A DNA stretch of 64,000 nucleotides, taken from positions 128,001 to 192,000 of the forward strand of contig JAVRCJ020000002.1 in assembly GCA_034530875.2 (NCBI GenBank), read 5' to 3'. The stretch is from Nostoc sp. DedSLP01 (GTDB lineage: Bacteria; Cyanobacteriota; Cyanobacteriia; Cyanobacteriales; Nostocaceae). Position 1 is the first letter of the stretch, and each line of letters opens with the position of its first letter. The notes beneath the pieces are model-generated. The model was not told where the DNA came from, ran no database searches, and saw nothing but the letters and a program-made list of their open reading frames with translations. The position numbers and the translations under genes are program-made. Shown in pieces: positions 1 through 11,101 of this stretch.

Positions 1-423
1 AGATTGTTGAAGTTTTTTATGAAAATATTCTAATTCTAAAGGTTCAGCTAAAATATTATTACAATTCCATCTGCCTATAACTGCACGCTCTTTTGTATTA
101 TCTACTCTTTGAGTTATATCAGTATTCGCAAAACACCACCACAACTTGTTTTCAAAATGATTTATTCATAAAGTATTTTCATCAGATAAATAGAAATTGC
201 GAATTTCATTACGACGACGTGTAATTGTTGTATTATCGAAATGTTTCTTTAATTCTTCTTCAACTTCAATCCATTCATTCTTTGATTTACACTCAAGACA
301 AAGTTCATGAGATATTTGTATATAGCCTAAACGAATAGTATTATCTCTATAAATACAGTCATTACGCCATTTGTTTTTTGGCCCAAGAGTGATATACAAA
401 ATTTGAGTAGGGTTAATTTTCAT
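1..423 (-). pseudogene. Hypothetical AT-rich gene interrupted by an in-frame TGA at 168-166; the frame stays open past it to the window edge
   Basis: Reads ...FYLSDENTL*INHFENKLWWCFANTDITQRVDNTKERAVIGRWNCNN... in the same frame with no further stop to base 1. Confidence 0.6.
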
Positions 424-716
424 AAATTTTCTTTATTGTTTAAAATTTATAGACAATTCAGATATTGACGCATATATTTCAAAGCAAACTAAAATCTAGC
501 TCAAAAATAATGACACATTTTATAAAAACTTAATTAATTCTGTGTTAGCATATAAAATTAATTATGCAAATACTAAGTTATATAAAATTAAGATTAGTAA
601 ATAATCTCAGGTCAACTTTGTTTGGTTAAGAATCAAACCTGTTTGTCTAAATTAATATTTTAGATAAGCTTTCCTTTCTGTCTTATAGCTCTACCCTTAT
701 TCATTGACTAAATATT

Positions 717-1394
717 TCAACTCAAAGCATCTGGATCTATCCCCATTTTTCGCAATTCTTCTGCCAATCTTTGAGCGCGTTGTTCGGCAGCATTAGCGCG
801 TTCTTCTGGTGTTAAATATCTAACTTTTTGCGCGTCGTACCAATACAACCAATCCCGCGTAATTCCTTGATAAGTTCCGCGTTCGTAGCCAATTGCTAAA
901 TTTATTTCTGGTAACCAAACTGGGTTTCCAGGTTGCAATACATATTCGCCATTTACAAAACGGTAAACTTCTAAAGGTGGTTTTCTTCGACGTTGGGGAT
1001 TGTAGACAACATAATATAAAATTTCCATCTCAGCATAAAGTTTCTTTTTGCTGGTGTATTCCCCACGCCGTCTGTGAGAAACAACTTCTAATGCCATAAT
1101 TGGCATCACCTTTTCTTCCCACAGCACATAACTTAAACGCAAGTTCTCATCAAAAACTCGCTCGACTCCCAAGCTTAAAAATCCATCTGGGACAATAGGA
1201 GGTAATTCCGGATCGTAATAAATCCCCATATCAACGCCAAAAAACCAATCCATACGGTTTGCCCACAGCCAAGCTAAAATGGCTTCTAGCAAGCCGGGAA
1301 TCAAGTGTTGTAGTTGATTATCTACAGGTTCATCGTCAGAATCGGGCAGATCCTCGGCGGAGGGTAAACAATGCAATGGGTTGTAATTTAACAT
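717..1394 (-). CDS. Uma2/DUF820 family putative endonuclease
   Basis: LPDSDDEPVDN, GVDMGIYY, PDGFLSLGV, LEVVS...EY..KK.LY motifs and C-terminal AEQRAQRLAEELR coil typical of cyanobacterial Uma2. Confidence 0.9.
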   Translation of the reverse strand: MLNYNPLHCLPSAEDLPDSDDEPVDNQLQHLIPGLLEAILAWLWANRMDWFFGVDMGIYYDPELPPIVPDGFLSLGVERVFDENLRLSYVLWEEKVMPIMALEVVSHRRRGEYTSKKKLYAEMEILYYVVYNPQRRRKPPLEVYRFVNGEYVLQPGNPVWLPEINLAIGYERGTYQGITRDWLYWYDAQKVRYLTPEERANAAEQRAQRLAEELRKMGIDPDALS

Positions 1395-1610
1395 GGTGGG
1401 TGCGCTACAGACTTATAGCCAACTCATAATATTGATAATATCTATCCAGCTCTGACTTTTTCTTGCGATAATTCCCAAGGAGACCTAAAGAGAAGGGACG
1501 AGGGAGGCACAGCAGCAGAGGGGACAAGAAGAATAATTCTTAATTCTTGTACAGACGCGATTCATCGCGTCTCTCAGCACTCGGCCTTGAGTACGGTAAA
1601 AGGGGGATAG

Positions 1611-3188
1611 ATGACACTTAAGCGGTTCGTTTTAACTTTTATATTGACGCCAATGGCAGTTCTGTTGGCACTTTTGTCTTTATTTGGTAGTTGGCAAGAA
1701 CCTCAGTTTCAAAGCCGCTTAGAACTGTACCAAACTAATATTGCTCTACAAGCCCAAGCGTGGCGATCGCAAGATAGCAGCGATGGCAATCTCCAAGCAA
1801 TTAGAGATGCGATTCTGGGGGAGAAACCTTTGGAAACCGCTACTCAGCAGTATCAAGAGGCGCGTCAATCTGTTCAAACTAATTTAGACAAAGTTAACAA
1901 CAAAGTTGTACAGTTGCGTTCTCAACCGGAAATAACTCCCACACCTCCTAAACCTCTACCCGATCTTTCTCTAACTACTAAAGCTTCTCAGCCAGGACAG
2001 CAGCAAAAGTTAGAAAAATCCCTCAAGGAACTACAAAAATTACTGGCTGAATTAGACCTGCGGTTGGGAATTTTGCAAGCGCAGCAAGGACAAACGGATG
2101 CAGCTGTGAAAACTTGGAGTGAATTACAACAACGCTCGAATATCAATCCAGAATTTCAGGAAACTGCTACTGTATTGAGTGGACTTTGGAGCAATCCTCC
2201 TCGTCTGCTCCCGGATGCTCAACAACCAATTCAAAAGAATTTAGAAGGTTGGTTTCGCTCTACTGCTTTGGTTCGGCTATATCAACTCCAGCAGCGAGAA
2301 GAAACCTTGTCAGCAGTTAAAACTGCACAGCAAGAAGCAGCTACCCGTGCTGTTTTAAAATTGGCAATTATCGGTACTATTCCGACTTTGGCAGCATTAA
2401 TTGGTCTAATATTGCTAATTTTCTTATTCGCCCAACGTTTACTCAAAGGAAAAGAATCTTTATTAGGTCAAAATAGCGATTTAGTTTGGTCAACGCCTTG
2501 GGATGGGGAAACGGTTTTGCAGGTTTTTGTGGTGGGCTTTTTCTTCATGGGACAACTTTTTGTACCCATACTACTATCACTACTCCCCATCCCACGCCCC
2601 GTTACCGATGTGCGACTTCAGGCTTTTTCGGTTTTAGTTAGTTACATTCTGGTAGCATCAGGTGCGCTGTCAGTCCTGTATTTCTCTATTAAACGCTTTT
2701 TTCCGCTACCAAAGTTCTGGTTTCGCTTTCGTTTTCAAGACAATTGGTTTTTGTGGGGGCTAGGGGGCTATTGCGCTGCTTTACCCATAGTTGTAATAGT
2801 ATCTCTGATTAATCAACAACTCTGGCAAGGACAAGGTGGTAGCAATCCACTGTTGCAGCTAGCCCTGGAAAGTCAAGATGGTGTCGCACTTGCCGTATTT
2901 TTCTTTACAGCAGCGATCGCAGCACCATTTTTTGAAGAACTTCTATTTCGCGGCTTTTTGCTACCCTCTCTCACTCGCTATTTACCGGTGTGGGGATCGA
3001 TTATTGTCAGTAGTTTGCTATTTGCGATCGCTCACCTGAGCTTATCAGAAATTCTCCCACTCACCGCATTAGGCATTGTATTAGGCGTAGTCTACACGCG
3101 ATCGCGCAATCTCTTGTCCTCCATGCTCCTCCACAGCCTTTGGAATAGCGGCACATTATTAAGTCTGTTTTTATTAGGTAGCAATTAA
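1611..3188 (+). CDS. CPBP (Abi/CAAX type II) family intramembrane metalloprotease with long N-terminal domain
   Basis: EELLFRG, FAIAH and H.LWN motifs in a multi-TM C-terminus. Confidence 0.9.
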   Translation: MTLKRFVLTFILTPMAVLLALLSLFGSWQEPQFQSRLELYQTNIALQAQAWRSQDSSDGNLQAIRDAILGEKPLETATQQYQEARQSVQTNLDKVNNKVVQLRSQPEITPTPPKPLPDLSLTTKASQPGQQQKLEKSLKELQKLLAELDLRLGILQAQQGQTDAAVKTWSELQQRSNINPEFQETATVLSGLWSNPPRLLPDAQQPIQKNLEGWFRSTALVRLYQLQQREETLSAVKTAQQEAATRAVLKLAIIGTIPTLAALIGLILLIFLFAQRLLKGKESLLGQNSDLVWSTPWDGETVLQVFVVGFFFMGQLFVPILLSLLPIPRPVTDVRLQAFSVLVSYILVASGALSVLYFSIKRFFPLPKFWFRFRFQDNWFLWGLGGYCAALPIVVIVSLINQQLWQGQGGSNPLLQLALESQDGVALAVFFFTAAIAAPFFEELLFRGFLLPSLTRYLPVWGSIIVSSLLFAIAHLSLSEILPLTALGIVLGVVYTRSRNLLSSMLLHSLWNSGTLLSLFLLGSN

Positions 3189-3946
3189 TACGCAAAAATA
3201 CTGTTGTCAAAAAGTGAAATATCTGATTTTATCTGCATAGATAGCAACAAATTACTAGTAATAATTAGTTGTAAGCATAAATACTCGCTAAAAGCCAAAT
3301 AAAAAATGGCAAAAGCAAATTAAATAATGCTTTGAACATAGACAACAAACTATCTAGTTAAGCATTTATTTTCATCTGGGTGATTTGAGCCATTTTCGAG
3401 ATGTGTTAATTGCCTTAGGAAGTTATTTGTGTCTGTAACTAATTAGATTGCAAATTCAGTTTGCACTAGGTGTTAAGTCGCGATCGATAACTCAACAGAA
3501 GTTACGATTCTGCATTTTTACTACCCACGCAAGCAATACTTGTGATTGCTGCGATTATAAAAAACTCCGGAAATAACACTGATGGAGTTGTAAAAAGTGG
3601 TATGGTCTAGCAGTTGTTGTTGATTATTAAGGTTAATTCTTGTCAAGATAAATATCTTGCCTGAAAATCGGCATAATTGCTGCACTAGGATTTGCGATCG
3701 TAATCCACCAAAAGCCCTCAACGAGAAACGGACAGATTTTTAGGCAATTTTGAAAGACATTTATGATGTCTGATATTGCCAGTGCCATCCTGAGACTAAA
3801 ATCGCACTGATTTTAGTTACCCATTTTGGCGCGAATTCATACTCAAAAAATTAAAAAATATATTTGCTTGGCAAATATATTCACTCACTTTTATTACAAT
3901 AAAAGCTTTATTTTTATACCTCACTAATTAAGGAGCAGCACTGAAT

Positions 3947-4222
3947 ATGGCAAATCTCAACCCCAGTCATCCTACTAAACAACTTTTAGCTGGTTACTGC
4001 GGCATTATTCTCGGAGGATTTGGCGTTCATAAGTTCATTCTAGGATACGCCCCAGAAGGCTTGATCATGTTGGTAATTTCTCTAGTTGGGGGTTCTTTTA
4101 CCTACGGTCTTGCCTTACTGATTATGCAACTTGTAGGTTTAATTGAAGGGATGATCTATTTGAATAAGTCCCCCGAACAATTTGTAAATACGTACTTTGC
4201 GAATAAGCAGGGTTGGTTTTAG
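3947..4222 (+). CDS. TM2 domain membrane protein
   Basis: LGGFGVHKFILGY...GLIEG.IYL.K pattern; AAGGAG RBS upstream. Confidence 0.85.
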   Translation: MANLNPSHPTKQLLAGYCGIILGGFGVHKFILGYAPEGLIMLVISLVGGSFTYGLALLIMQLVGLIEGMIYLNKSPEQFVNTYFANKQGWF

Positions 4223-4596
4223 TACATCGTGGTGCAAGTTTGCTTATATTGAACAAGGGGTCTAAGCCCCTTGCCTATTAATTTATGTCTAGCTGGCTTG
4301 GTGCTTTGCCGTACTAGTAACGCTTCGGATAATTCGTAATACTCGCCTCCGTCGAGAAGCAAGCTACGTAATGGGCTACGCCCCGCTACGCTAACGTAAT
4401 TACTGTTGCGTAAGGGTTTTAAGCATTTCAAATGGTATGTTTATTTCCACGCCCGCTGTAGTAGTAGGTCATGGCGTAAATACAGAATTATTTAAAAATC
4501 CTCAAAAGCTCATTCCATATACTTTTGACTCCACAACGGTAGTAAGCTGAACCAGAGCAGCAGTTATACAGCACTTTTACATTTATCCTTCTTGAT

Positions 4597-4800
4597 ATGG
4601 TCGTTGTCAAATCTAAGCAGCTTAGTTGGACTATGCTTCTCTTTTTGGGCATAGGGTATTTCAGTATCATGTCTCATCTGGAAATCAACTATTTCTTGAA
4701 AAGCCTAATTGTCGTCATGCCATTACAGATTGCGGCTATTGTTTATGTGACTTATATACGCTGGAGCCGTCGTCATGCTCGGCACGGTACCATAAATTAA
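4597..4800 (+). CDS. Small two-TM hypothetical membrane protein
   Basis: 67 aa, two hydrophobic segments, basic tail. Confidence 0.5.
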   Translation: MVVVKSKQLSWTMLLFLGIGYFSIMSHLEINYFLKSLIVVMPLQIAAIVYVTYIRWSRRHARHGTIN

Positions 4801-4910
4801 TAAATTTAATATGGTTGACATTAAGTCGTAGTTCCATATTTCGCCTACGCTCAAATTAGAGACGCTTTTAGCCAAGCGTTAAATTTCCGTAGCGAATCTA
4901 AACACTTGCC

Positions 4911-7406
4911 ATGCAACTTGTTCCCAAAACTAAGGTAGACCAAGAATTTGTCCCAACCCTGGAGAAAATTATTCTAGACGTCGGAGGTATGAAGTGTGCC
5001 GGGTGCGTGAAAGCAGTAGAGCGACAACTCACCCAGCATCCAGGAGTCAAAAGTGCCTGTGTGAACCTAGCGACAGAGGTAGCAGTTGTAGAGTTAGAAA
5101 CTGGTGTCGTAGATGCAGATGCACTCGCAAAGCAATTAACAGCCGGTGGATTCCCGACTCAACCCCGAAAAGCCAACGGTTCAGTAGCAGGGGAAATAGC
5201 TAACTTTCCAGACCCAGTAGAGCGACAACGCCAACAAATGCACTCTTCACTCAGACAGTTGGCGATCGCTGCCGTGTTGCTGGTGTTGTCGGCAAGTGGA
5301 CATTTTGGTAATCTTGGCAGTTCAATACTACCCGAGTTGAATAACATCTGGTTCCACTGTGGGCTAGCAACCATCACCATCCTAATTCCCGGTCGCCCAA
5401 TTATAGTAGATGGTTGGCTGGGATGGCGGCGAAACGCACCTAACATGAATACCCTAGTGGGATTGGGAACCCTGACAGCCTACATTGCGAGTTTAGTAGC
5501 ACTGCTTTTTCCCCAAATGGGTTGGGAGTGCTTTTTTGACGAACCAGTAATGATGCTGGGCTTTATTTTATTAGGAAGGACATTAGAACAACACGCTAGA
5601 GGTCGCGCTGCTGCTGCATTTAGGCAATTGCTGGCACTCCAGCCACTCTTAGCGCGGTTAATTGCCAACCCAGAGAAAGCTGGAGTCGGGTCTTCTAGTG
5701 TAGAGATTCCTGCCGAACAGGTGCGGGTTGGAGAATGGTTACAAGTACTGCCAGGTGATAAAATCCCCGTTGATGGTGAAGTGGTAGCCGGTCAAACAAC
5801 AGTCGATGAATCGATGTTGACTGGGGAAGCAGTACCAGTTAGCAAGCAGCCGGGAGATGTGGTGACAGCCGGCACGCTAAACCAGTCAGGAGCGATCGCT
5901 ATTAAAGCCACACGTGTCGGCAGCGATACAACTTTAGCTCAAATTGTTGCCCTAGTAGAAACTGCTCAAACTCGCAAAGCTCCAGTACAAAAATTAGCAG
6001 ATACAGTCGCAGGTTACTTTACCTACGGGGTACTGACGGCATCTGTATTGACATTTATCTTTTGGTACTTTTTTGGCACTCACATCTGGGCTGATATCAC
6101 CATGTCTGGTGGTATGGAAATGGCTCACCACTCCCCAATGAGTACATACGCGATGAATGGCGTCTCTACGCATTCCCCTTTATTAATTAGCTTAAAGTTA
6201 GCGATCGCCGTTATGGTAGTCGCCTGTCCCTGTGCCTTGGGACTTGCCACGCCAACAGCCATTCTTGTCGGTACTGGTATGGGTGCAGAACGGGGTCTGT
6301 TAATCAAAGGCGGCGACGTTTTAGAAAAAGTACACAAGCTAAACACAGTAGTTTTTGATAAAACTGGCACGTTGACTACGGGTAATCCAGTCGTCACAGA
6401 TTGTTTGTTAATTTCACAAATGGGGAGTGGGGAGGAGGGAGTCGGGAGTGAAAATCCCTACTCCCTCCTCCAACTAGCCGCAGCAGTCGAAGGCGGTACT
6501 TACCATCCCCTAGCAAAAGCAATTGGGCAAGAAGCACAGCGGCAAGAATTATCGATTCCGGAGGCTGTGGGCTTTCACACTGAACCAGGACTAGGGGTAT
6601 CTGCTGTAGTAGAGGGTACAGTTGTGCTGTTGGGTAATTCTGACTGGTTGAGTTGGCATGGAATTACCATCAGCGCCACTGCACAACAGGTAGCACAAGA
6701 TTGGGCAACAGCTGGTAAAACAGTAGTTTTCGTGGCAGTTGGCGGAACTTTAGCCGGAGCGATCGCTGTTTGCGACCCCCTCAGACCAGATGCCAAAACC
6801 ACCGTAGACAAATTACGCCAGATGGGTTTACGGGTAATGCTGCTCAGTGGCGATCGCCAAGAAGCAGCCAACGCGATCGGCAAACAATTAGGATTAGATA
6901 GTAGTAATGTCGTCGCAGGCGTTCCGCCAACCAAAAAAGCGGCTGTCATCCAAGCCCTCCAACAAGGGACAAAGGGACAAGGAGACCAGCAAAACTCGTC
7001 ACTCCTCACTCCTCACTCCTCACTCCCTAATCAACACTCCTTTGTCGCAATGGTCGGCGATGGCATCAACGATGCTCCAGCTTTATCCCAAGCTGATGTC
7101 GGAATAGCACTATACTCAGGGACGGATGTGGCGATGGAAACTGCTGAAATTGTCTTGATGCGCGATCGCTTAAATGATGTCGTTGAATCTATTAAACTCA
7201 GCCGCGCCACCTTCAACAAAATCCGTCAGAATCTATTCTGGGCTTTTGCATATAATACAGTTGGTATTCCTTTAGCAGCAGGTGTTTTATTTCCTAGCCT
7301 TGGTTTTGTTCTTAACCCATCAGGCGCAGCTGCATTAATGGCTTTTAGCTCTGTTAGCGTCGTCACAAACTCAATATTATTAAGGCGCTTGGCTCATCAG
7401 CCATAG
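4911..7406 (+). CDS. Heavy-metal (Cu+) translocating P1B-type ATPase, CtaA-like
   Basis: GMKCAGC HMA domain, TGE, CPC, DKTGTLT, HP, GDGINDAPAL, YN and MAFSS motifs. Confidence 0.95.
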   Translation: MQLVPKTKVDQEFVPTLEKIILDVGGMKCAGCVKAVERQLTQHPGVKSACVNLATEVAVVELETGVVDADALAKQLTAGGFPTQPRKANGSVAGEIANFPDPVERQRQQMHSSLRQLAIAAVLLVLSASGHFGNLGSSILPELNNIWFHCGLATITILIPGRPIIVDGWLGWRRNAPNMNTLVGLGTLTAYIASLVALLFPQMGWECFFDEPVMMLGFILLGRTLEQHARGRAAAAFRQLLALQPLLARLIANPEKAGVGSSSVEIPAEQVRVGEWLQVLPGDKIPVDGEVVAGQTTVDESMLTGEAVPVSKQPGDVVTAGTLNQSGAIAIKATRVGSDTTLAQIVALVETAQTRKAPVQKLADTVAGYFTYGVLTASVLTFIFWYFFGTHIWADITMSGGMEMAHHSPMSTYAMNGVSTHSPLLISLKLAIAVMVVACPCALGLATPTAILVGTGMGAERGLLIKGGDVLEKVHKLNTVVFDKTGTLTTGNPVVTDCLLISQMGSGEEGVGSENPYSLLQLAAAVEGGTYHPLAKAIGQEAQRQELSIPEAVGFHTEPGLGVSAVVEGTVVLLGNSDWLSWHGITISATAQQVAQDWATAGKTVVFVAVGGTLAGAIAVCDPLRPDAKTTVDKLRQMGLRVMLLSGDRQEAANAIGKQLGLDSSNVVAGVPPTKKAAVIQALQQGTKGQGDQQNSSLLTPHSSLPNQHSFVAMVGDGINDAPALSQADVGIALYSGTDVAMETAEIVLMRDRLNDVVESIKLSRATFNKIRQNLFWAFAYNTVGIPLAAGVLFPSLGFVLNPSGAAALMAFSSVSVVTNSILLRRLAHQP

Positions 7407-7810
7407 AATTTTCACTTGCAGGATTTACAAACAAAAATCTTGCTTATTTGTAAACTATTAGGCACTGAAGTTGCTTATTTACTCTTGGAGGTTGTGATTA
7501 ATCATTATCCATTCGTTACTTTTAGTTAACAAAAAACAAAGTTCACACATCACTTCTGAGACTACGGGTTCTCCCTACCCCTACTTTGAATTAAGGTTGG
7601 GTGTAGCTTCTCGTATAGAAATAGTGCAAGTGCTGAAAACTTTGCAACACAGTAGCTTAACAGCAGTTCCTTTAAGCGGGGGAACCCCGCCAACGGACTG
7701 CCTCAACTTTGTAAGATAGGACAAATGACAAACCACGAGTAGAACGCCCATGTTCTACTCTTTCAAGGTATTATGCATTTTTAAAGCTTATTTAGATTGC
7801 CACCACAAAT

Positions 7811-8329
7811 ATGGTGAGAATGGCAGAATACTATACTAAACAAATCTTGATTAATAAAAGTTCCACCGATTTTAGCAACGATTTGTCAATGGCAGCAGAA
7901 ATCAATGAAAACCATCTACTGATTATTGAAGACGATCAAGGTCGCAAAGAATTTTCTTTGGAGCAGCCCGTCTATTCTATTGGTAGAGACCGCGAATGTA
8001 ATATCCGTTTGATGTCGCAGTTTGTCTCCCGCCGCCATGCCACATTAGTGAGATTGCCACGAGAGCATAATAGTCATAGCTACTATTACCGCATTGTAGA
8101 TGGCGATGCCAAAGGAAAGCCTAGCTCCAACGGTTTAATGATTAATGGACGCAAAATGCCAGCCCACGATCTAAAAAATGAAGACGAGATCGTTTTTGGG
8201 CCTCAAGTACGTGCCATTTATTACTTGTTAAGAAATACTCAGCGCTTGGGGCAAACAGATTCCAGTGAGTATGACATTACATTAATAAACCCCGGTATGA
8301 CCGAGGATTTAGAGGATCTAGACGACTGA
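7811..8329 (+). CDS. FHA domain protein (start could be 7820 or 7889)
   Basis: IGR...VSRRHA...SSNG..ING FHA signature. Confidence 0.9.
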   Translation: MVRMAEYYTKQILINKSSTDFSNDLSMAAEINENHLLIIEDDQGRKEFSLEQPVYSIGRDRECNIRLMSQFVSRRHATLVRLPREHNSHSYYYRIVDGDAKGKPSSNGLMINGRKMPAHDLKNEDEIVFGPQVRAIYYLLRNTQRLGQTDSSEYDITLINPGMTEDLEDLDD

Positions 8330-8650
8330 ATTACGACTACCCAAGTGGAAAAGACCCATTAAAAATTCAAAATTCAAAATGACGCTCCTTCGCGTAGCGT
8401 GTCGCAGACAGAACTCGCTAACGCTACGCTAACAAAATTCAAAACATTTCAGACAAGGACTATTATCTCGACTGAAACTAAGGCTGCATTGGTTGTGTCT
8501 GAGCGTCAGTTTCCGGCTCAGACACGCGAAGGACGGCTTGCAGCAGACGTCGGAACTTTGTAACACAGGGGTCTTAAACCCTTTAATTTACTATAAAAGT
8601 CTGGAATTCCACAGCCTGAAGCTGTGGGAGGATCTATCTCAACATCAAAC

Positions 8651-8998
8651 CTATCCTGCAATAATTTCAATCAACTGCCAATGACGGTTAGTTTCGATCG
8701 CCTGCTTGATGAATTCAAACATTTGTCGGCAGTAATTATCCACTTGCAGTGGCAGTTCTTCATTTTTAATTACAATAGTCATCCGGCTTTCTGTTTCAGT
8801 ACTTTTTGATTTATCAACCAGTATTTCCACTGTGACTAATTTAGAAAACGGAACATTACCAGGAAATTCACGAGCGATAATGTAATCGTTTCCCTGGTAT
8901 TGAATATTCAACTGACACTCCTGTAGAAGTTCTACAAGTAACGGCTGAAGATGGTCACTAGGAACAGAAACAAGAAATGAACAGGTATAGCGACCCAT
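8651..8998 (-). CDS. Conserved hypothetical protein
   Basis: 115-aa ORF with normal composition filling the gap between flanking genes. Confidence 0.7.
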   Translation of the reverse strand: MGRYTCSFLVSVPSDHLQPLLVELLQECQLNIQYQGNDYIIAREFPGNVPFSKLVTVEILVDKSKSTETESRMTIVIKNEELPLQVDNYCRQMFEFIKQAIETNRHWQLIEIIAG

Positions 8999-9195
8999 AT
9001 TAGCCCCACGCCTTGCAACACTGCGTCCATCCTATAATACCGAAGCATCTAAATACCAAGTCATTAAAAAGGCAAACTTTTTGAGTTTGTTCCCTTGTCT
9101 CCTTATCCTCATGTCTTCTTGTCTCCTTGTCCTCTTCGCGTAAGCTGAAAAATTGATAAAAAACTTTAAAATAAGGCTTTAGCAGAGGGTAAAAA

Positions 9196-10116
9196 ATGAA
9201 AATAGCAGTTACTGGAGCAACAGGGTTTGTCGGTAGTCGTTTAGTACAAAAACTCCAGACCCAAGGTCATAGAATACTAGTGTTAACTCGGAACACTGCT
9301 TTTGCTCAAAAAGTTTTTCCATCTCAGGCTTTCCCCAATGTTGAAATCGTTGCTTATACGCCGACTAAATCCGGTTCTTGGCAAAATGCGATCGCCAACT
9401 GTGATGGAGTAGTTAATTTGGCAGGAGAACCCATTGGTGAGGGGCGCTGGACGCCAGAACGCAAGCAAGAAATCCTCAATAGTCGCAAACTAGGCACGCA
9501 AAAAATTGTGGAAGCAATAGTTAATGCTAACCCTAAACCAACTGTGTTAATAAATGCTTCAGCTATTGGCTACTACGGCACCAGTGAAACAGCTGCCTTT
9601 GATGAAACCAGTTTGTCCGGTAACGATTTTCTCGCTCAAGTCTGCCAAGCCTGGGAAGCAGAAGCTACAAAAGTAAAAGATGCCGGCGTGCGGCTAGTAA
9701 TTCTGCGCTTGGGCATTGTTTTGGGCAATGGTGGTGTTTTGGGTAAAATGATTCCACCATTCAAACTCTTTGCTGGCGGGCCCATTGGCAGCGGTCGCCA
9801 GTGGTTCTCTTGGATTCACGTAGACGACTTAGTTAATCTGATTTTCCAAGCTCTAACTAAACCAGAAATTGAAGGCGTATATAATGCCACAGCACCTCAA
9901 CCAGTGCGGATGGCAGATTTGAGTCATACTTTAGGACAAGTGTTGCATCGTCCTTCTTGGTTACCCGTCCCTGGTTTTGCGATCGAGGCGCTTTTAGGAG
10001 ACGGGGCAATAGTAGTTTTAGAAGGTCAAAAAGTCTTACCCAAGCGTACCGTAGAAACAGGCTTTGAGTATCAGTATTCTAATTTACAATCGGCATTAAC
10101 AGAAATTCTGAGATAG
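9196..10116 (+). CDS. TIGR01777 family NAD-dependent epimerase-like protein (ThyD/YfcH type)
   Basis: TGATGFVG, VNLAGEPI..RWT, SAIGYYG, GSGRQWFSWIH motifs. Confidence 0.9.
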   Translation: MKIAVTGATGFVGSRLVQKLQTQGHRILVLTRNTAFAQKVFPSQAFPNVEIVAYTPTKSGSWQNAIANCDGVVNLAGEPIGEGRWTPERKQEILNSRKLGTQKIVEAIVNANPKPTVLINASAIGYYGTSETAAFDETSLSGNDFLAQVCQAWEAEATKVKDAGVRLVILRLGIVLGNGGVLGKMIPPFKLFAGGPIGSGRQWFSWIHVDDLVNLIFQALTKPEIEGVYNATAPQPVRMADLSHTLGQVLHRPSWLPVPGFAIEALLGDGAIVVLEGQKVLPKRTVETGFEYQYSNLQSALTEILR

Positions 10117-10225
10117 AGTCAAAGGGACTAGGGATTGGGGGCTGGGGACTGGGAGAGACTTGTTGCAAGTTGCATTTGTGTCTCCTTGTCTCCTAGTTCC
10201 TAATCCCCAATCCCCAGTCGCTTGA

Positions 10226-10471
10226 CTATTGACTAGAGAAAAATTTTTTGGAAACCCAGCTGATAATACCGCTGAGAATGGCACCGCCCATGAGAATACC
10301 AATTGCTGGGTTAAATAAAGGTTGCCATAATTGATGCCACAAATCCAAGCCTAGGTTTACCCCCGCAGCATCACCTACTGCTGCGATCGCTAACCAACCA
10401 AAGCCAAGTAAAACCAAAAATACATCTGCTACTAAAATCAGGTTTAGCCAATTTAACAACTTATCTTTCAT
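10226..10471 (-). CDS. Small hypothetical membrane protein
   Basis: Start taken at MKDKLL; the longer upstream frame is STRR-derived; two TM segments. Confidence 0.7.
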   Translation of the reverse strand: MKDKLLNWLNLILVADVFLVLLGFGWLAIAAVGDAAGVNLGLDLWHQLWQPLFNPAIGILMGGAILSGIISWVSKKFFSSQ

Positions 10472-10586
10472 AATTCGCAATGGGGCATTAGACATTGGGC
10501 ATTGGACATTGGGCGTGCGGCATGGGGAGGTGGGCAATAACTAATGCCCACCTCCCCATCTCCCCATCTTCCCATCTCACTACTGC

Positions 10587-11009
10587 CTACTCTTCAAACA
10601 ACCACTTTTTGACTTTTATCAAACTCTGCCAATCTGGTTTTCTGGCTAAACCATCTTCAATACTCTTTTTAACTTCATCTTCCCATTCGGGGTTGACAAA
10701 AATTAATTGTTGTGCAAAGTCTATGTGTTCCCGCAAACCTTTTTGACCTGTTTCCAACATTGCTAAGGCGAGATTGATTCTCCCCTGTGGGTCTTGTGGA
10801 TTTAACTTCACTGCTTTGTTAGCAGCTTTGTAAGCCAAGTTAGCCTTGTTATTGAGTAGATACAACCACGCCAAACAAATCCAAGCTGCACTGGATTTAG
10901 GAGCGCGATCGCACACTTCCTTAAACACAGGGATTAAAGAATCCACTGCTTCTCCAGCTTTATAACGTTCTAAACCTGTATCAAACAGGGATTCTACTGT
11001 TTGAGTCAT
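10587..11009 (-). CDS. TPR-repeat protein
   Basis: AAWICLAWLYLL...A.KAVKLNPQDPQ.RINLALA helical repeats. Confidence 0.8.
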   Translation of the reverse strand: MTQTVESLFDTGLERYKAGEAVDSLIPVFKEVCDRAPKSSAAWICLAWLYLLNNKANLAYKAANKAVKLNPQDPQGRINLALAMLETGQKGLREHIDFAQQLIFVNPEWEDEVKKSIEDGLARKPDWQSLIKVKKWLFEE

Positions 11010-11101
11010 ACTAAATTAGTCAATAGTCATTGGTTTTTGGTCATTGGTGGTTAGTCATTGGTCATTTGCTTGGGACAAACGACAACTAACAAATGACAAT
11101 A

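Noticed and set aside
717..1394. Uma2 gene as evidence of a defence island
   Set aside because: Uma2/DUF820 genes are highly multicopy and scattered in Nostocales; no partner genes are visible apart from the edge pseudogene
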